DNA from: a virus
Lineage: Duplodnaviria; Caudoviricetes
Virus record (IMG/VR): IMGVR_UViG_3300037310_000564
Location: 16,708-80,707 of that record
DNA length: 64,000 bases
Reading direction: 5' to 3' (one strand)
The notes under the pieces were generated by a model that saw only the letters and a list, made by a program, of their open reading frames with translations, had not been told where the DNA came from and did not search any database. Position numbers and translations under genes: made by a program. Of this stretch, positions 18,255-26,766 are shown one piece after another; position 1 is the first letter of the stretch, and each line of letters begins with the position of its first letter.

Positions 18255-19778
18255 TTACTGATCTACTCCGCGTCGTTTTTGGAACACGTTATCAATCACA
18301 GAAAAAGAACGAGGAGCTTGAACCATACAAGCAAAGTAGCTTACGAACAAGGTCTGTAATGCAAGACCGTTACGGCCAAGCTCAAGCTTGTTCATCATGC
18401 TGTTAGAACCAATGGTCAACATTTTTGCCCTGTTTTTGTCTTTTGGAACCAACAACATAGAGCAAAGACCTGGAAGCAACCGACCAGCATCGCGGAAAAT
18501 GGTTGAGCCACCGTTTGACTTCATGATATTGCCAATGAACATTTCTGTTCCAGCCAAGCCAGAAGTTTCCACTGGAGTGCGGAATACCGCGTAGTATTCA
18601 ACCTCAGCGCTATTGGTGATGGTCACATCTATTGGGAAGTTGTCTTGGCCTGCACCAACAGTGATCGAAGTGGCGGTAGATGCCAAAGATCGTCCATTGA
18701 TGTTAATAGCCTGAACTCGGTATCGGAAAACGTTGCCAGCAACAAATCCGGAACCAACCGCTGCACCGCCCATAGCCGTAGAGTGGGCAGGAGTGCTTGG
18801 CAAAGGACCAGAAGAGGTTGCCGAAGTAGCATTAGGGAAATCTCGTAGGTATTTGAACCTATTAGCGATCAAGGTAATGGTGCCGGCGCAAGTATCAATT
18901 GGTAATCCGCCGTGCTCATCATTAGTAACAGCAGCTCCACGGATTGCAAAAGGAGTATTGATATCTCCACGCTCTACTGGGAAGAAAGTAGCCCTAAATG
19001 CTTGCAAAGCAGAAGAGGTGGTATGACCTTCTGCAACTCGATTTCCATTGTCCCTAACGGCTGTTACATAAGTATCAAGACTTTCTCGACCGATAGCAGC
19101 GCCGCGTTGGTCAAAAACCACGCCTCGTGAAGCTTGTGTTGCTTCCCAGTCTTGTGGGATACCTCTAGCAGAGGCGTTACCTTCACGAACATTGGCTTGG
19201 ATACCTCGAATAGAACGAAGCCGGCTATTCACGGAAGCAGCAACCATTGGATCGATGGCACCAGAAGAATCCATGAAGTAGTCGCCACCATGATAAAAGT
19301 CACGCTCCATTTGTTGTGACATCAATAGAGCTGCATCTCGCTCATTTTCTTCTTCAACATCAATGGCATAACCATTAAGGTCATTTATCATTTCAGTCAT
19401 GTGGCCAATAGTTTTGGCGGTTCCGTACACTTTTAGAACCTCAGAAACCATCATGTACTGAGAGCTAACTTCTGCAGGCATGAAATTTTCAAAACCAGCT
19501 AAGTCATGGTCACCCAAGCCGATTTTGATGCGATAGTGATGAACTGAGCCCCTAACTGCTTGAGTTGGGATGTCTTTGATCAACAAAAAGTCTTTGTCTT
19601 CGATCGTAATAGATCGAATCACTTCATCCAAGCTATCAATGGTCAATGCGGCTTGACCTACACGACCACCCACTTCTAAGTTTTGATAACCAGCGCTTGG
19701 CCAAGATTTGGCGAGGGTGTCCATCGCCGTTTTTGCTTGTTGGATAAGATCCAACGAGAGATTTTTTAATGCTGACAT
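18255..19778 (-). CDS. Major capsid protein, Herelleviridae Cps-like
   Basis: TLAKSW...GQAALTIDSLDEVIRSITIEDKDFLLIKDI parallels the recalled phage K/A511 Cps N-terminus (VVKSF...AGALRREILDDQITMLTW..DLIFYRDI); C-terminal beta insertion; strong terminator follows. Confidence 0.85.
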   Translation of the reverse strand: MSALKNLSLDLIQQAKTAMDTLAKSWPSAGYQNLEVGGRVGQAALTIDSLDEVIRSITIEDKDFLLIKDIPTQAVRGSVHHYRIKIGLGDHDLAGFENFMPAEVSSQYMMVSEVLKVYGTAKTIGHMTEMINDLNGYAIDVEEENERDAALLMSQQMERDFYHGGDYFMDSSGAIDPMVAASVNSRLRSIRGIQANVREGNASARGIPQDWEATQASRGVVFDQRGAAIGRESLDTYVTAVRDNGNRVAEGHTTSSALQAFRATFFPVERGDINTPFAIRGAAVTNDEHGGLPIDTCAGTITLIANRFKYLRDFPNATSATSSGPLPSTPAHSTAMGGAAVGSGFVAGNVFRYRVQAININGRSLASTATSITVGAGQDNFPIDVTITNSAEVEYYAVFRTPVETSGLAGTEMFIGNIMKSNGGSTIFRDAGRLLPGLCSMLLVPKDKNRAKMLTIGSNSMMNKLELGRNGLALQTLFVSYFACMVQAPRSFSVIDNVFQKRRGVDQ

Positions 19779-19831
19779 TTGATAATATTCCTATAAAAAA
19801 TAAAAAATAGTGCCGGACTGACACAATAAAA

Positions 19832-19840
19832 ATTTTAACA
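19832..19840 (-). promoter_or_regulatory. TGNTAAAAT motif upstream of capsid gene
   Basis: TGTTAAAAT on minus strand, flanked by a duplicated ACACAATAAAA. Confidence 0.5.
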
Positions 19841-19887
19841 CAATAAAATAGTGTAATTTCGCCGCGTTGTCGGTCGTCTGAACAAAC

Positions 19888-19916
19888 TTGACAAATCATT
19901 ATTAAAACAATAAAAT
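19888..19916 (+). promoter_or_regulatory. sigma70-like promoter
   Basis: TTGACA-N17-TAAAAT upstream of 19937. Confidence 0.75.
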
Positions 19917-19936
19917 CAACATGATGGAGGGTGTCT

Positions 19937-20713
19937 ATGGCCAACAAGCCAACGAAAAAGTCTAAATTTTGCGTGTTTTGTCAAACTCACCACAAAATAA
20001 GCGCAAAATTCTGGTATATAACCCAAACAAAGAAAGGATACCAGGCACTTAAATGCAAGGCACAAAAAAGAGAAATAAATTCAAGGTATTACTCACAAAG
20101 AGTCGCATTCTTGGTAGAGCGGAGAAGGAAGCAATATCAATCTCGCGGACTAGAGGCCGGCAACATCAAAAAAAGACAGTCACACACAATCTCCTGGCAA
20201 GAATTATTGACCAGGGCTGGGCTGTCACCAAGAATCCCTGAAAATTCCGAAATTCTACAGATAGCCAAAATTAGCATATCTTTAGGAATATCAATACTTT
20301 ACCGCAAATACTATCCAAAAAATATCAAAAATGTATATGCTCATCAGTGCTTTCTGGGCACCGTGACAAAAAAGACGGCCCGCAGCTTTATTGAGGAGTA
20401 TGGATTTTATGCCTATCAGACCAACAAAAGACATATGGGCTTGTTTTATGGTAGAGATTTGGTTATGCTATTTGTCTTGGTGGACCATCCAGATGGTGTG
20501 GAGGTCATTAATACTGTTCAACATGCCATGTACTGCGTAATTGGCGGAATTGACAAACTAATTCTTAATATGGCAATAGTTAAAATTCATAAGCCCAATC
20601 CATTGATGGGAATTGTTATCAATGAAGGACTTCTGCATGACCACCATTTCATTAATCTATTGACTTTTTTTGAAAAACCTCGTAACTTAAAATTAACTGA
20701 GTGTGATGATTAA
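19937..20713 (+). CDS. Putative homing-endonuclease-derived protein (Cys-rich N-terminus, Hef-like C-terminal domain)
   Basis: FCVFC...KC N-terminus; ARSFIEEYGFYAY...MGLFYGRDLVMLFV resembles the recalled FL..NHLQG...GLYY..ELV.LMTF domain. Confidence 0.4.
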   Translation: MANKPTKKSKFCVFCQTHHKISAKFWYITQTKKGYQALKCKAQKREINSRYYSQRVAFLVERRRKQYQSRGLEAGNIKKRQSHTISWQELLTRAGLSPRIPENSEILQIAKISISLGISILYRKYYPKNIKNVYAHQCFLGTVTKKTARSFIEEYGFYAYQTNKRHMGLFYGRDLVMLFVLVDHPDGVEVINTVQHAMYCVIGGIDKLILNMAIVKIHKPNPLMGIVINEGLLHDHHFINLLTFFEKPRNLKLTECDD

Positions 20714-20731
20714 TAATATTAAGGAGTTACA

Positions 20732-21733
20732 ATGTCTGAAGAATCAAAACCCTTTTTCCGACTAATCAAAAAAACAACACTAGCAAACATGGCGGAGGGA
20801 GATACCATCTCCTCTTCTGATTTATGCCTTCAGGATGATAACTGCCTATATCAATTTAAGTATATTGATGATGCTAAGCCCAAACAGACCATTATTACTC
20901 CTGGATTTTTTGTACTAGAAGAAGGCGATGACGGACTGTACCTCAATAAGGCTGAATATAATCACCACGAAATTGTAACCGATGTGATCAATACGCAATT
21001 AATATCAAATGAAATCGGCATTTTAAAGAAAAAAATGGAAAGCTTTAAGAAAAGAAAAATTGATCCTGTTCGCAAGGTATTGTGTTGCTCTAAGCCCGGA
21101 CAAGGAAAAACTGCCGCTTTGTTATATTGCGCTCACCAAGAGATAACCACTAACCCTGGGTGTGTGGTTATTGTTTGGCCTACCAGTAGCATCAAAGCAT
21201 CAAGAGTCGCCTCTTTCTTTAATAACCGAAGTGTATATGACCCTTCATGTAATTTTCTGATCTTTCTTATGGAGGATATTGGAGGTCTATCTCATGAGGG
21301 GCACTCAGGACCAAGACATGCCAGCCCTGAGTTGTTGGAAATTCTGGAAGGGGTTAGGAAAATATTCAAACTGCCTACCGTAATTTGTGCCACCACAAAC
21401 TACCCAGAAAATTTACCAGAAACATTGGGGGACCGATATGGGAGATTTGACACAACCATTGAATTACAATCACCAAATCATGATAACCAACTAAAAATAC
21501 TGGAATTTTATTTGCAGAGACCGACAACCGAAGAAGAAAAACAAGCAATGAAAAGAAGGGAAGTAAGGGATTTTTCTATTGCCCACATTAAAAAAATAGG
21601 AATAGATTCAGACCTTTATGACAAAACAGTCGAGGAAATGATAAATGATATTATCAATCACAGGAAGCGATTCAAGAACAATTTCGAGTCACAGAAAAAA
21701 AGTAATTTTGGGTTTGGTATAGATGACAATTAA
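20732..21733 (+). CDS. AAA+ ATPase
   Basis: Walker A KPGQGKT, Walker B IFLMEDI, sensor ATTNYPENL and DRYGRFD second region of homology. Confidence 0.85.
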   Translation: MSEESKPFFRLIKKTTLANMAEGDTISSSDLCLQDDNCLYQFKYIDDAKPKQTIITPGFFVLEEGDDGLYLNKAEYNHHEIVTDVINTQLISNEIGILKKKMESFKKRKIDPVRKVLCCSKPGQGKTAALLYCAHQEITTNPGCVVIVWPTSSIKASRVASFFNNRSVYDPSCNFLIFLMEDIGGLSHEGHSGPRHASPELLEILEGVRKIFKLPTVICATTNYPENLPETLGDRYGRFDTTIELQSPNHDNQLKILEFYLQRPTTEEEKQAMKRREVRDFSIAHIKKIGIDSDLYDKTVEEMINDIINHRKRFKNNFESQKKSNFGFGIDDN

Positions 21734-22575
21734 ACACCAACAAACCAACAATTAACACTTTGCACAAAATGAGACTTAAATGCCTGACTTTGTGCCATTT
21801 TTTTCGCTTCAAGGTTAGCTATGCGCTCAGACAAAGTTTGAGAAATATTTAGCTGCGATGATTGCGACACACCATCAATCCCAACCACCACACCATTAGT
21901 AGGAAACAATACCGGCAAAACATCAACCAACATTCTCCATGTAGCCCAGCTCTCTATAAGGTCGGCCACCATATATGGCAAATGGTCATGTGGGAATCCC
22001 GCCTTATAAATGATCTGTATTGACTCAGGACGATAGGTATTGGTGTATCCAACCAAACCGCCTGGCCCAAAGCCCGTGGGTATGGAAGTGTTTGAATTTA
22101 CATAATATGTCCCAGAATATCCTGAGCCAGGCAAAATATTGACTTTATTTTGCCTAAGGGATAGCCATGATGGAGGGATTTGCTGAACTTTATAGTTATC
22201 CTGAGTATTTACATGTGCGTATTTATACTCATAAGAAATAATTTGTGTTGCCGGCCATTGAGGCAGCTGATGTCCTGAAAAACGACGGTCTTGATCTGGG
22301 TACCAATCTTCGGAATGAAAGTGCTGAACTTCAGACAAATTACACCCAAGAGACATCTCAATCTCTACAACAGCAGAATTCAATGCCTTAGCCGCCAACT
22401 CCATCGGTATGACTTCTCCAGTTAGCGGGAGTGTCTTAGGGATTCCTAATAGAGCTGAATCATAAACTGATTTTGGCGTAGGGAATGAGGTAAAGCGCTT
22501 AAAGCTGCCCTCAATTGACATTTCCTCAGCAAACAGTGGATACTGATGAAATGGATGTGACTTATAATCCTGCAT
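21730..22575 (-). CDS. Head completion / head-tail adaptor-like protein
   Basis: ALNSAVVEIEMSLG, IIYKAGFP..LPYMVADLI, GIDGVSQS; in head cluster. Confidence 0.55.
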   Translation of the reverse strand: MQDYKSHPFHQYPLFAEEMSIEGSFKRFTSFPTPKSVYDSALLGIPKTLPLTGEVIPMELAAKALNSAVVEIEMSLGCNLSEVQHFHSEDWYPDQDRRFSGHQLPQWPATQIISYEYKYAHVNTQDNYKVQQIPPSWLSLRQNKVNILPGSGYSGTYYVNSNTSIPTGFGPGGLVGYTNTYRPESIQIIYKAGFPHDHLPYMVADLIESWATWRMLVDVLPVLFPTNGVVVGIDGVSQSSQLNISQTLSERIANLEAKKMAQSQAFKSHFVQSVNCWFVGV

Positions 22576-22576
22576 T

Positions 22577-23002
22577 TTAGAATCCTGGTGATGTAAGTTG
22601 TCGAGATATCAAGTGGTTTTGGACCCATACAGTCGTGGTCCCACTTTCCACCAACTGAAACTTTACCGTCCCTGATAGTATCTTAGTGGATTCATCGGCA
22701 GTTAAAGCAAAGCTTAGCATGGATCGATCACTGGTATTAAAGGCTGCTATTTTAGTGATTGATTGTGCTGTATTGGTTGGTACTCCAAAAGAGACAGAAT
22801 TCGAAATTAAGTCCGCTCTTTGGAAAATAACACTAAGCGCTGATCCTGAGGCAGCGATATAACGACGCTCCCCCAGGCTGTCGGAAATCAGTAGTTGAAA
22901 CCATAGCGTCACAGCGTTAGGAACAGTAATTTTCCAACTTTCTTGTGGCGCAAAAAAGTTTGGCGCTGAAATAACATCTAGTGGTTGTGCGATAAAAGTC
23001 AT
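22577..23002 (-). CDS. Putative virion structural protein
   Basis: 141 aa, beta-rich, in minus-strand head cluster. Confidence 0.5.
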   Translation of the reverse strand: MTFIAQPLDVISAPNFFAPQESWKITVPNAVTLWFQLLISDSLGERRYIAASGSALSVIFQRADLISNSVSFGVPTNTAQSITKIAAFNTSDRSMLSFALTADESTKILSGTVKFQLVESGTTTVWVQNHLISRQLTSPGF

Positions 23003-23017
23003 AATAATCTCACTTGC

Positions 23018-24427
23018 TTAGTCTTTAACGACTGTTTTCTTGGCCTTAGGTTCGGTTTGTTTTTTATAAGCCATGATGAACATTTTGACCATGTCACATA
23101 AGCGATGATCAGGGCCTGTGCTTGACAAGGCTTCTTGATCTTTGGTAATATCGTCATCTTTTTTAAGCTTTGTCTTCCATACGGGCTCTGATTTTGGTGA
23201 TGATAAATCCTTATAATTAATCACATTTTTTGAAGCTGTTGGTTTTATGGAGCTCATATCTTTGTAATTAAGTGTTGGCGTCATGTCGTGAAACAGTTGT
23301 TTATCACCCTTGGCAGAAAGAGGGTCGATACCTTTAACCCTGGGAGAATCTGACTTTTTCAATTCCACTGTATGAGCCTGAGACGCAACTTCTTGAGTCT
23401 TATTTCTGACCCTTTCTTTTGGAGCCTCGTTTTTGATATTGCCGGAATGGTCCCAAACAACAAACCCAGATTTGTCGGATTTACCCTCTCCCTTGGCCTT
23501 TAAACCAACAACCTTTCCACCCTTCTCATCCAAGAACCTAAGGTCGTGTTCATCCCCTGAGATGACAGGAAATCCATGCCATTCCTTGGGCAACTCCTTT
23601 CCACCAAAAACCACAGCAGCATTATGGCCATGAGAAAGGACCTTCTTTACCATATGCTCGTTGGATTCAGACCTTGAAAATGTAAGATGGTAATTTGGAT
23701 GATTATTTTTCATAACCCGATCAGGTCTTTTAGTGTAATCATAGAACTGAACATTAGGAAAAGCCTCAAAAATGTTTTTACCACCAAGGTGTGGCAATTG
23801 CATTTTTTCCCACGCGAGATCAGACGTTCCGTTTAACCTAACCACAGGAATTGCACCCGCTTGATCAGCCGCACTAACAGTTTTGTGGATGTCATTCAGC
23901 AAATCTGTAAAAAAACCATGAGGATCTTGGACTAGCCTCTTTGTTTTTTGAATCCTGGCCTTTTGAATGGTATTGATAGGAGCATCCTCGGTAAACATTC
24001 CGCCACGACCAGCTGTATTTAAGCAAGCGTCTTTACAGCCATCTGATGCTGCCATACATACATTCCCAACACCGGCCAACGATGACGGTGCAAGGTGGAG
24101 AATTGCTGAGACATAGCCACCAACATGTGCATTTTTTGCCGTTTTGGCATTACTTTCCATGTTGGTAAGTATTTTATAACTTGGCGATATTGCAGCAGTT
24201 CTTTTAGGAGGAGTGTATGGTTTAGCTGAATTTTCTTGACTAAGCCTGTCCTGAACAGAATCTTCAATAAATTTGCGTTGTTGCATTTCTTTAATTGGAT
24301 TGTCCGCCTTTTGAAGGGGGCTTTGATGCAACTTCCGTTTTAGATACTCTTCTAGTAAGAGCTCCATCATCAAATCTTTATGCGACAACTCAGGATCATG
24401 CCATGGCTCTTTTGGAGCTAGGATCAT
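23018..24427 (-). CDS. Gp88-like (radical-SAM-related) domain protein with charged N- and C-terminal extensions
   Basis: ILHLAP...CMAASDGCKDACLNTAGRG (Cx6Cx3C), VRLNGTSDLAWE, FPNVQFYDYTK, YHLTFSRSE, GDEHDLRFLD, VVGLKAKG; start at 24427 uncertain (track gives 24511). Confidence 0.75.
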   Translation of the reverse strand: MILAPKEPWHDPELSHKDLMMELLLEEYLKRKLHQSPLQKADNPIKEMQQRKFIEDSVQDRLSQENSAKPYTPPKRTAAISPSYKILTNMESNAKTAKNAHVGGYVSAILHLAPSSLAGVGNVCMAASDGCKDACLNTAGRGGMFTEDAPINTIQKARIQKTKRLVQDPHGFFTDLLNDIHKTVSAADQAGAIPVVRLNGTSDLAWEKMQLPHLGGKNIFEAFPNVQFYDYTKRPDRVMKNNHPNYHLTFSRSESNEHMVKKVLSHGHNAAVVFGGKELPKEWHGFPVISGDEHDLRFLDEKGGKVVGLKAKGEGKSDKSGFVVWDHSGNIKNEAPKERVRNKTQEVASQAHTVELKKSDSPRVKGIDPLSAKGDKQLFHDMTPTLNYKDMSSIKPTASKNVINYKDLSSPKSEPVWKTKLKKDDDITKDQEALSSTGPDHRLCDMVKMFIMAYKKQTEPKAKKTVVKD

Positions 24428-24630
24428 CGGGATGAGTTTTTTTAAAATCTCTTGCACTAGAATGCTCCAGTAAAACGTTCTGATTGGCCCAGCGTGAATA
24501 AAAATCGCCACATTAATTTTATCAAAGCGGGGAGCATTATAAAAAGAAAAAGGATTTGCTCAGTACAAGCAAATCCTTAAAAACAAACAACAAAGGCACA
24601 AATGAGTGGCTGACCAAATCAGCCCATCAT

Positions 24631-25359
24631 TTATTTTTTCTCAGGAATTTTAAGCCCAAGAGTTTGGATGTGCTGAACAATCGCAGCAACCTCTTCATCG
24701 GTCCGGCATCGAGCAACCTTGGCCAACAATCCAGAATTGACTTTAAGGTTCCCGTTTCGCTGTTCGTTTAACAAAAACTTACTTACATCAGATTTTGCTA
24801 ACTTTTCAGCCATTGGGGGATTTTTTTCTCGAACAACCACTTCAGATGAATTAGATGCTGGCATTTGGGTTTTCAAGTTGACTGTTGGTTTGGCAACAGG
24901 AGCAGGAGCAGCAATGGATTTTTCCAATTTTTGCTCAAGTTTTTCAACTTGTTTCGCCAATGCACCAATGGATTTCATGAGCATGTCATAGTTTTTATCC
25001 ATTGGGGCAGCGCCTGCAGCAGCAGACTTTCGCTTTTCCATCTCTGCCACAAAGGTATCGATAAGCTTTTGAAGGTCTTCGTCAGACATTGAAGCCATGT
25101 GGGCTGCCATGTCTGCCATAGGATCTTCTTTTGCTTCATCGTGTGGGGCAGGAGCTTCACCCTCTGGAGCAGGAGCAGGAGCGGGAGCTTCACCTTCTGG
25201 AGCAGGAGCGGGAGCTTCAGGGGAAGGAGCAGGAGCTTCTTTATCCTCGTCTTCCTTGTCTATTGCCGACTTAGCTAATTTTTCAATTTCACCCAAGGTA
25301 TCAATGACCGCACCTATTACTTCTTGGTAAGATGCTGGTTTTTTGTTTTTAGTTGTCAT
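24631..25359 (-). CDS. Capsid scaffold-like protein
   Basis: Acidic, Ala-Pro linker, coiled coil, four LxKS motifs; in head cluster. Confidence 0.6.
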   Translation of the reverse strand: MTTKNKKPASYQEVIGAVIDTLGEIEKLAKSAIDKEDEDKEAPAPSPEAPAPAPEGEAPAPAPAPEGEAPAPHDEAKEDPMADMAAHMASMSDEDLQKLIDTFVAEMEKRKSAAAGAAPMDKNYDMLMKSIGALAKQVEKLEQKLEKSIAAPAPVAKPTVNLKTQMPASNSSEVVVREKNPPMAEKLAKSDVSKFLLNEQRNGNLKVNSGLLAKVARCRTDEEVAAIVQHIQTLGLKIPEKK

Positions 25360-25388
25360 GGCGGTTTCCCTCTAATTTTGTTTAACTA

Positions 25389-25901
25389 TTAGATCCCACC
25401 GACATAAGATACGCCACCATAAGGTGCGTACAAGCCAGCAGAGGTAAAGGATGCGTCAGCCACTCCGCCATTCACACCTTGTAGAACAGGCTCAGTATCG
25501 TTGGCACAATAAAAAAGCTCGTAAGGTGCGCCATTTTGACCAAGCAAAACATGTTGAAGCACTCGCTGGAACTTATGTTGAGTACCAGTATAGTCTTCTG
25601 GGGTTTCAAAATAAACTTTAAAAGAACTTGAACCATCAATGAATTGACCAGCTCGATGTGATTGTGTGCGGTAAGCATCACCACCAACAACTCCAGGCTC
25701 AGCCAAAAGGATTACCCTTCGGTTATTGTCTGCCCAGGTAGAGCTGTCCAGATCTAGAACAGCGGCAACTTTGCCAATGTTGGCACCTGCAGTTACCGTA
25801 CCTTGCCATACGATGATATCGGATAGCGCGATCGTGGCACCTGTAAGCCTTTTAAGTTGATCAGGCAAGGTTTTGATAAACGATTGTAATCGCGTAGACA
25901 T
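25389..25901 (-). CDS. Putative head structural protein
   Basis: 170 aa with GGAG RBS in head cluster. Confidence 0.5.
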   Translation of the reverse strand: MSTRLQSFIKTLPDQLKRLTGATIALSDIIVWQGTVTAGANIGKVAAVLDLDSSTWADNNRRVILLAEPGVVGGDAYRTQSHRAGQFIDGSSSFKVYFETPEDYTGTQHKFQRVLQHVLLGQNGAPYELFYCANDTEPVLQGVNGGVADASFTSAGLYAPYGGVSYVGGI

Positions 25902-25947
25902 TTGTAAAACTCCAAAAAGAAAAAAGTAATATACCCTTTGTTTATTG

Positions 25948-26427
25948 TTATGGCTTGATGTAAGCCAACATAACCCTAATTTTACCAGCAGTTAAGGCGG
26001 CGCCAGCAATCACAACTTCCAAATTTCCACCATTGACGGTTTTAATTGGTAAGCCTGTTTGAGCATCCAAGCCGGTTAAGGATGCGTCGTTAAATGCTGT
26101 TGCGGCTTTTAATACATCTGATCCTACCTCAATTGCCACCGTGGCAGCGCCGCCGGATGTTAGTGAGGTGAGAGCATCTGTATATAATTGAGTCACAATA
26201 GATCCTGCTGGCAAACTTTTACCCAAACTGATAGTGCCTACTGCTCCACCCATAGATGCAAAATCATAAGTCGCTTCAATCATTACCAATTTAGATGCAT
26301 AGGCAACATCTAAAGCGTCGCCCAACATAGGGTTGGACTTGGTCAGAGGCAGCCCTGGCAGCCGAAGAGCTATTTGCGTATCAGCAAATTTGTTTAGTAT
26401 TGACTTTATGTTTGCTGGAAGGCTCAT
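25948..26427 (-). CDS. Capsid decoration/cement-like protein
   Basis: ATYDFASMGGAVGTISLGKSLPAGSIV...LTAGKIRVMLAY is typical of small beta-sandwich head proteins. Confidence 0.55.
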   Translation of the reverse strand: MSLPANIKSILNKFADTQIALRLPGLPLTKSNPMLGDALDVAYASKLVMIEATYDFASMGGAVGTISLGKSLPAGSIVTQLYTDALTSLTSGGAATVAIEVGSDVLKAATAFNDASLTGLDAQTGLPIKTVNGGNLEVVIAGAALTAGKIRVMLAYIKP

Positions 26428-26542
26428 TTTTTATCTCCACCCTTATGCTTTAAAAAGGTAACTATGTATTTTAACTGAAAGAATCCTAACAAACATGGTG
26501 CGCAATAAAGACGCACGACTGCGAAGATTCGGCACAATGAAG

Positions 26543-26551
26543 ATTTTATCA
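26543..26551 (-). promoter_or_regulatory. TGNTAAAAT motif upstream of decoration/scaffold unit
   Basis: TGATAAAAT on minus strand. Confidence 0.45.
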
Positions 26552-26569
26552 TAAGCAAGAACTTTGAAG

Positions 26570-26596
26570 TTAAGTTTTTTGGAATAATGCCGATAG
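26570..26596 (+). promoter_or_regulatory. sigma28/FliA-type promoter
   Basis: TTAAGTTT-N11-GCCGATAG. Confidence 0.7.
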
Positions 26597-26615
26597 TGAG
26601 ATTATTACACGGGCA

Positions 26616-26753
26616 ATGGATGGACAACACTTTAACAGAATGGATAGACAAAGAATGAAAACAGCAATTACCGCTTATGCATTAATGGCTCTGTCAGTTA
26701 TGGCTGGGTATTTTTTAGCCTATGGTGTCTATGTGACATTTTTAACACCATAG
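26616..26753 (+). CDS. 45-aa single-TM peptide (below ORF-track cutoff)
   Basis: MDGQHFNRMDRQRMKTAITAYALMALSVMAGYFLAYGVYVTFLTP; sits directly behind a sigma28-type promoter; alternative start 26655. Confidence 0.5.
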   Translation: MDGQHFNRMDRQRMKTAITAYALMALSVMAGYFLAYGVYVTFLTP

Positions 26754-26766
26754 GCGCATTTAGGAT

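Noticed and set aside
25140-25240. GCAGGAGC short repeats
   Set aside because: They encode the Ala-Pro linker of the scaffold; ordinary low complexity
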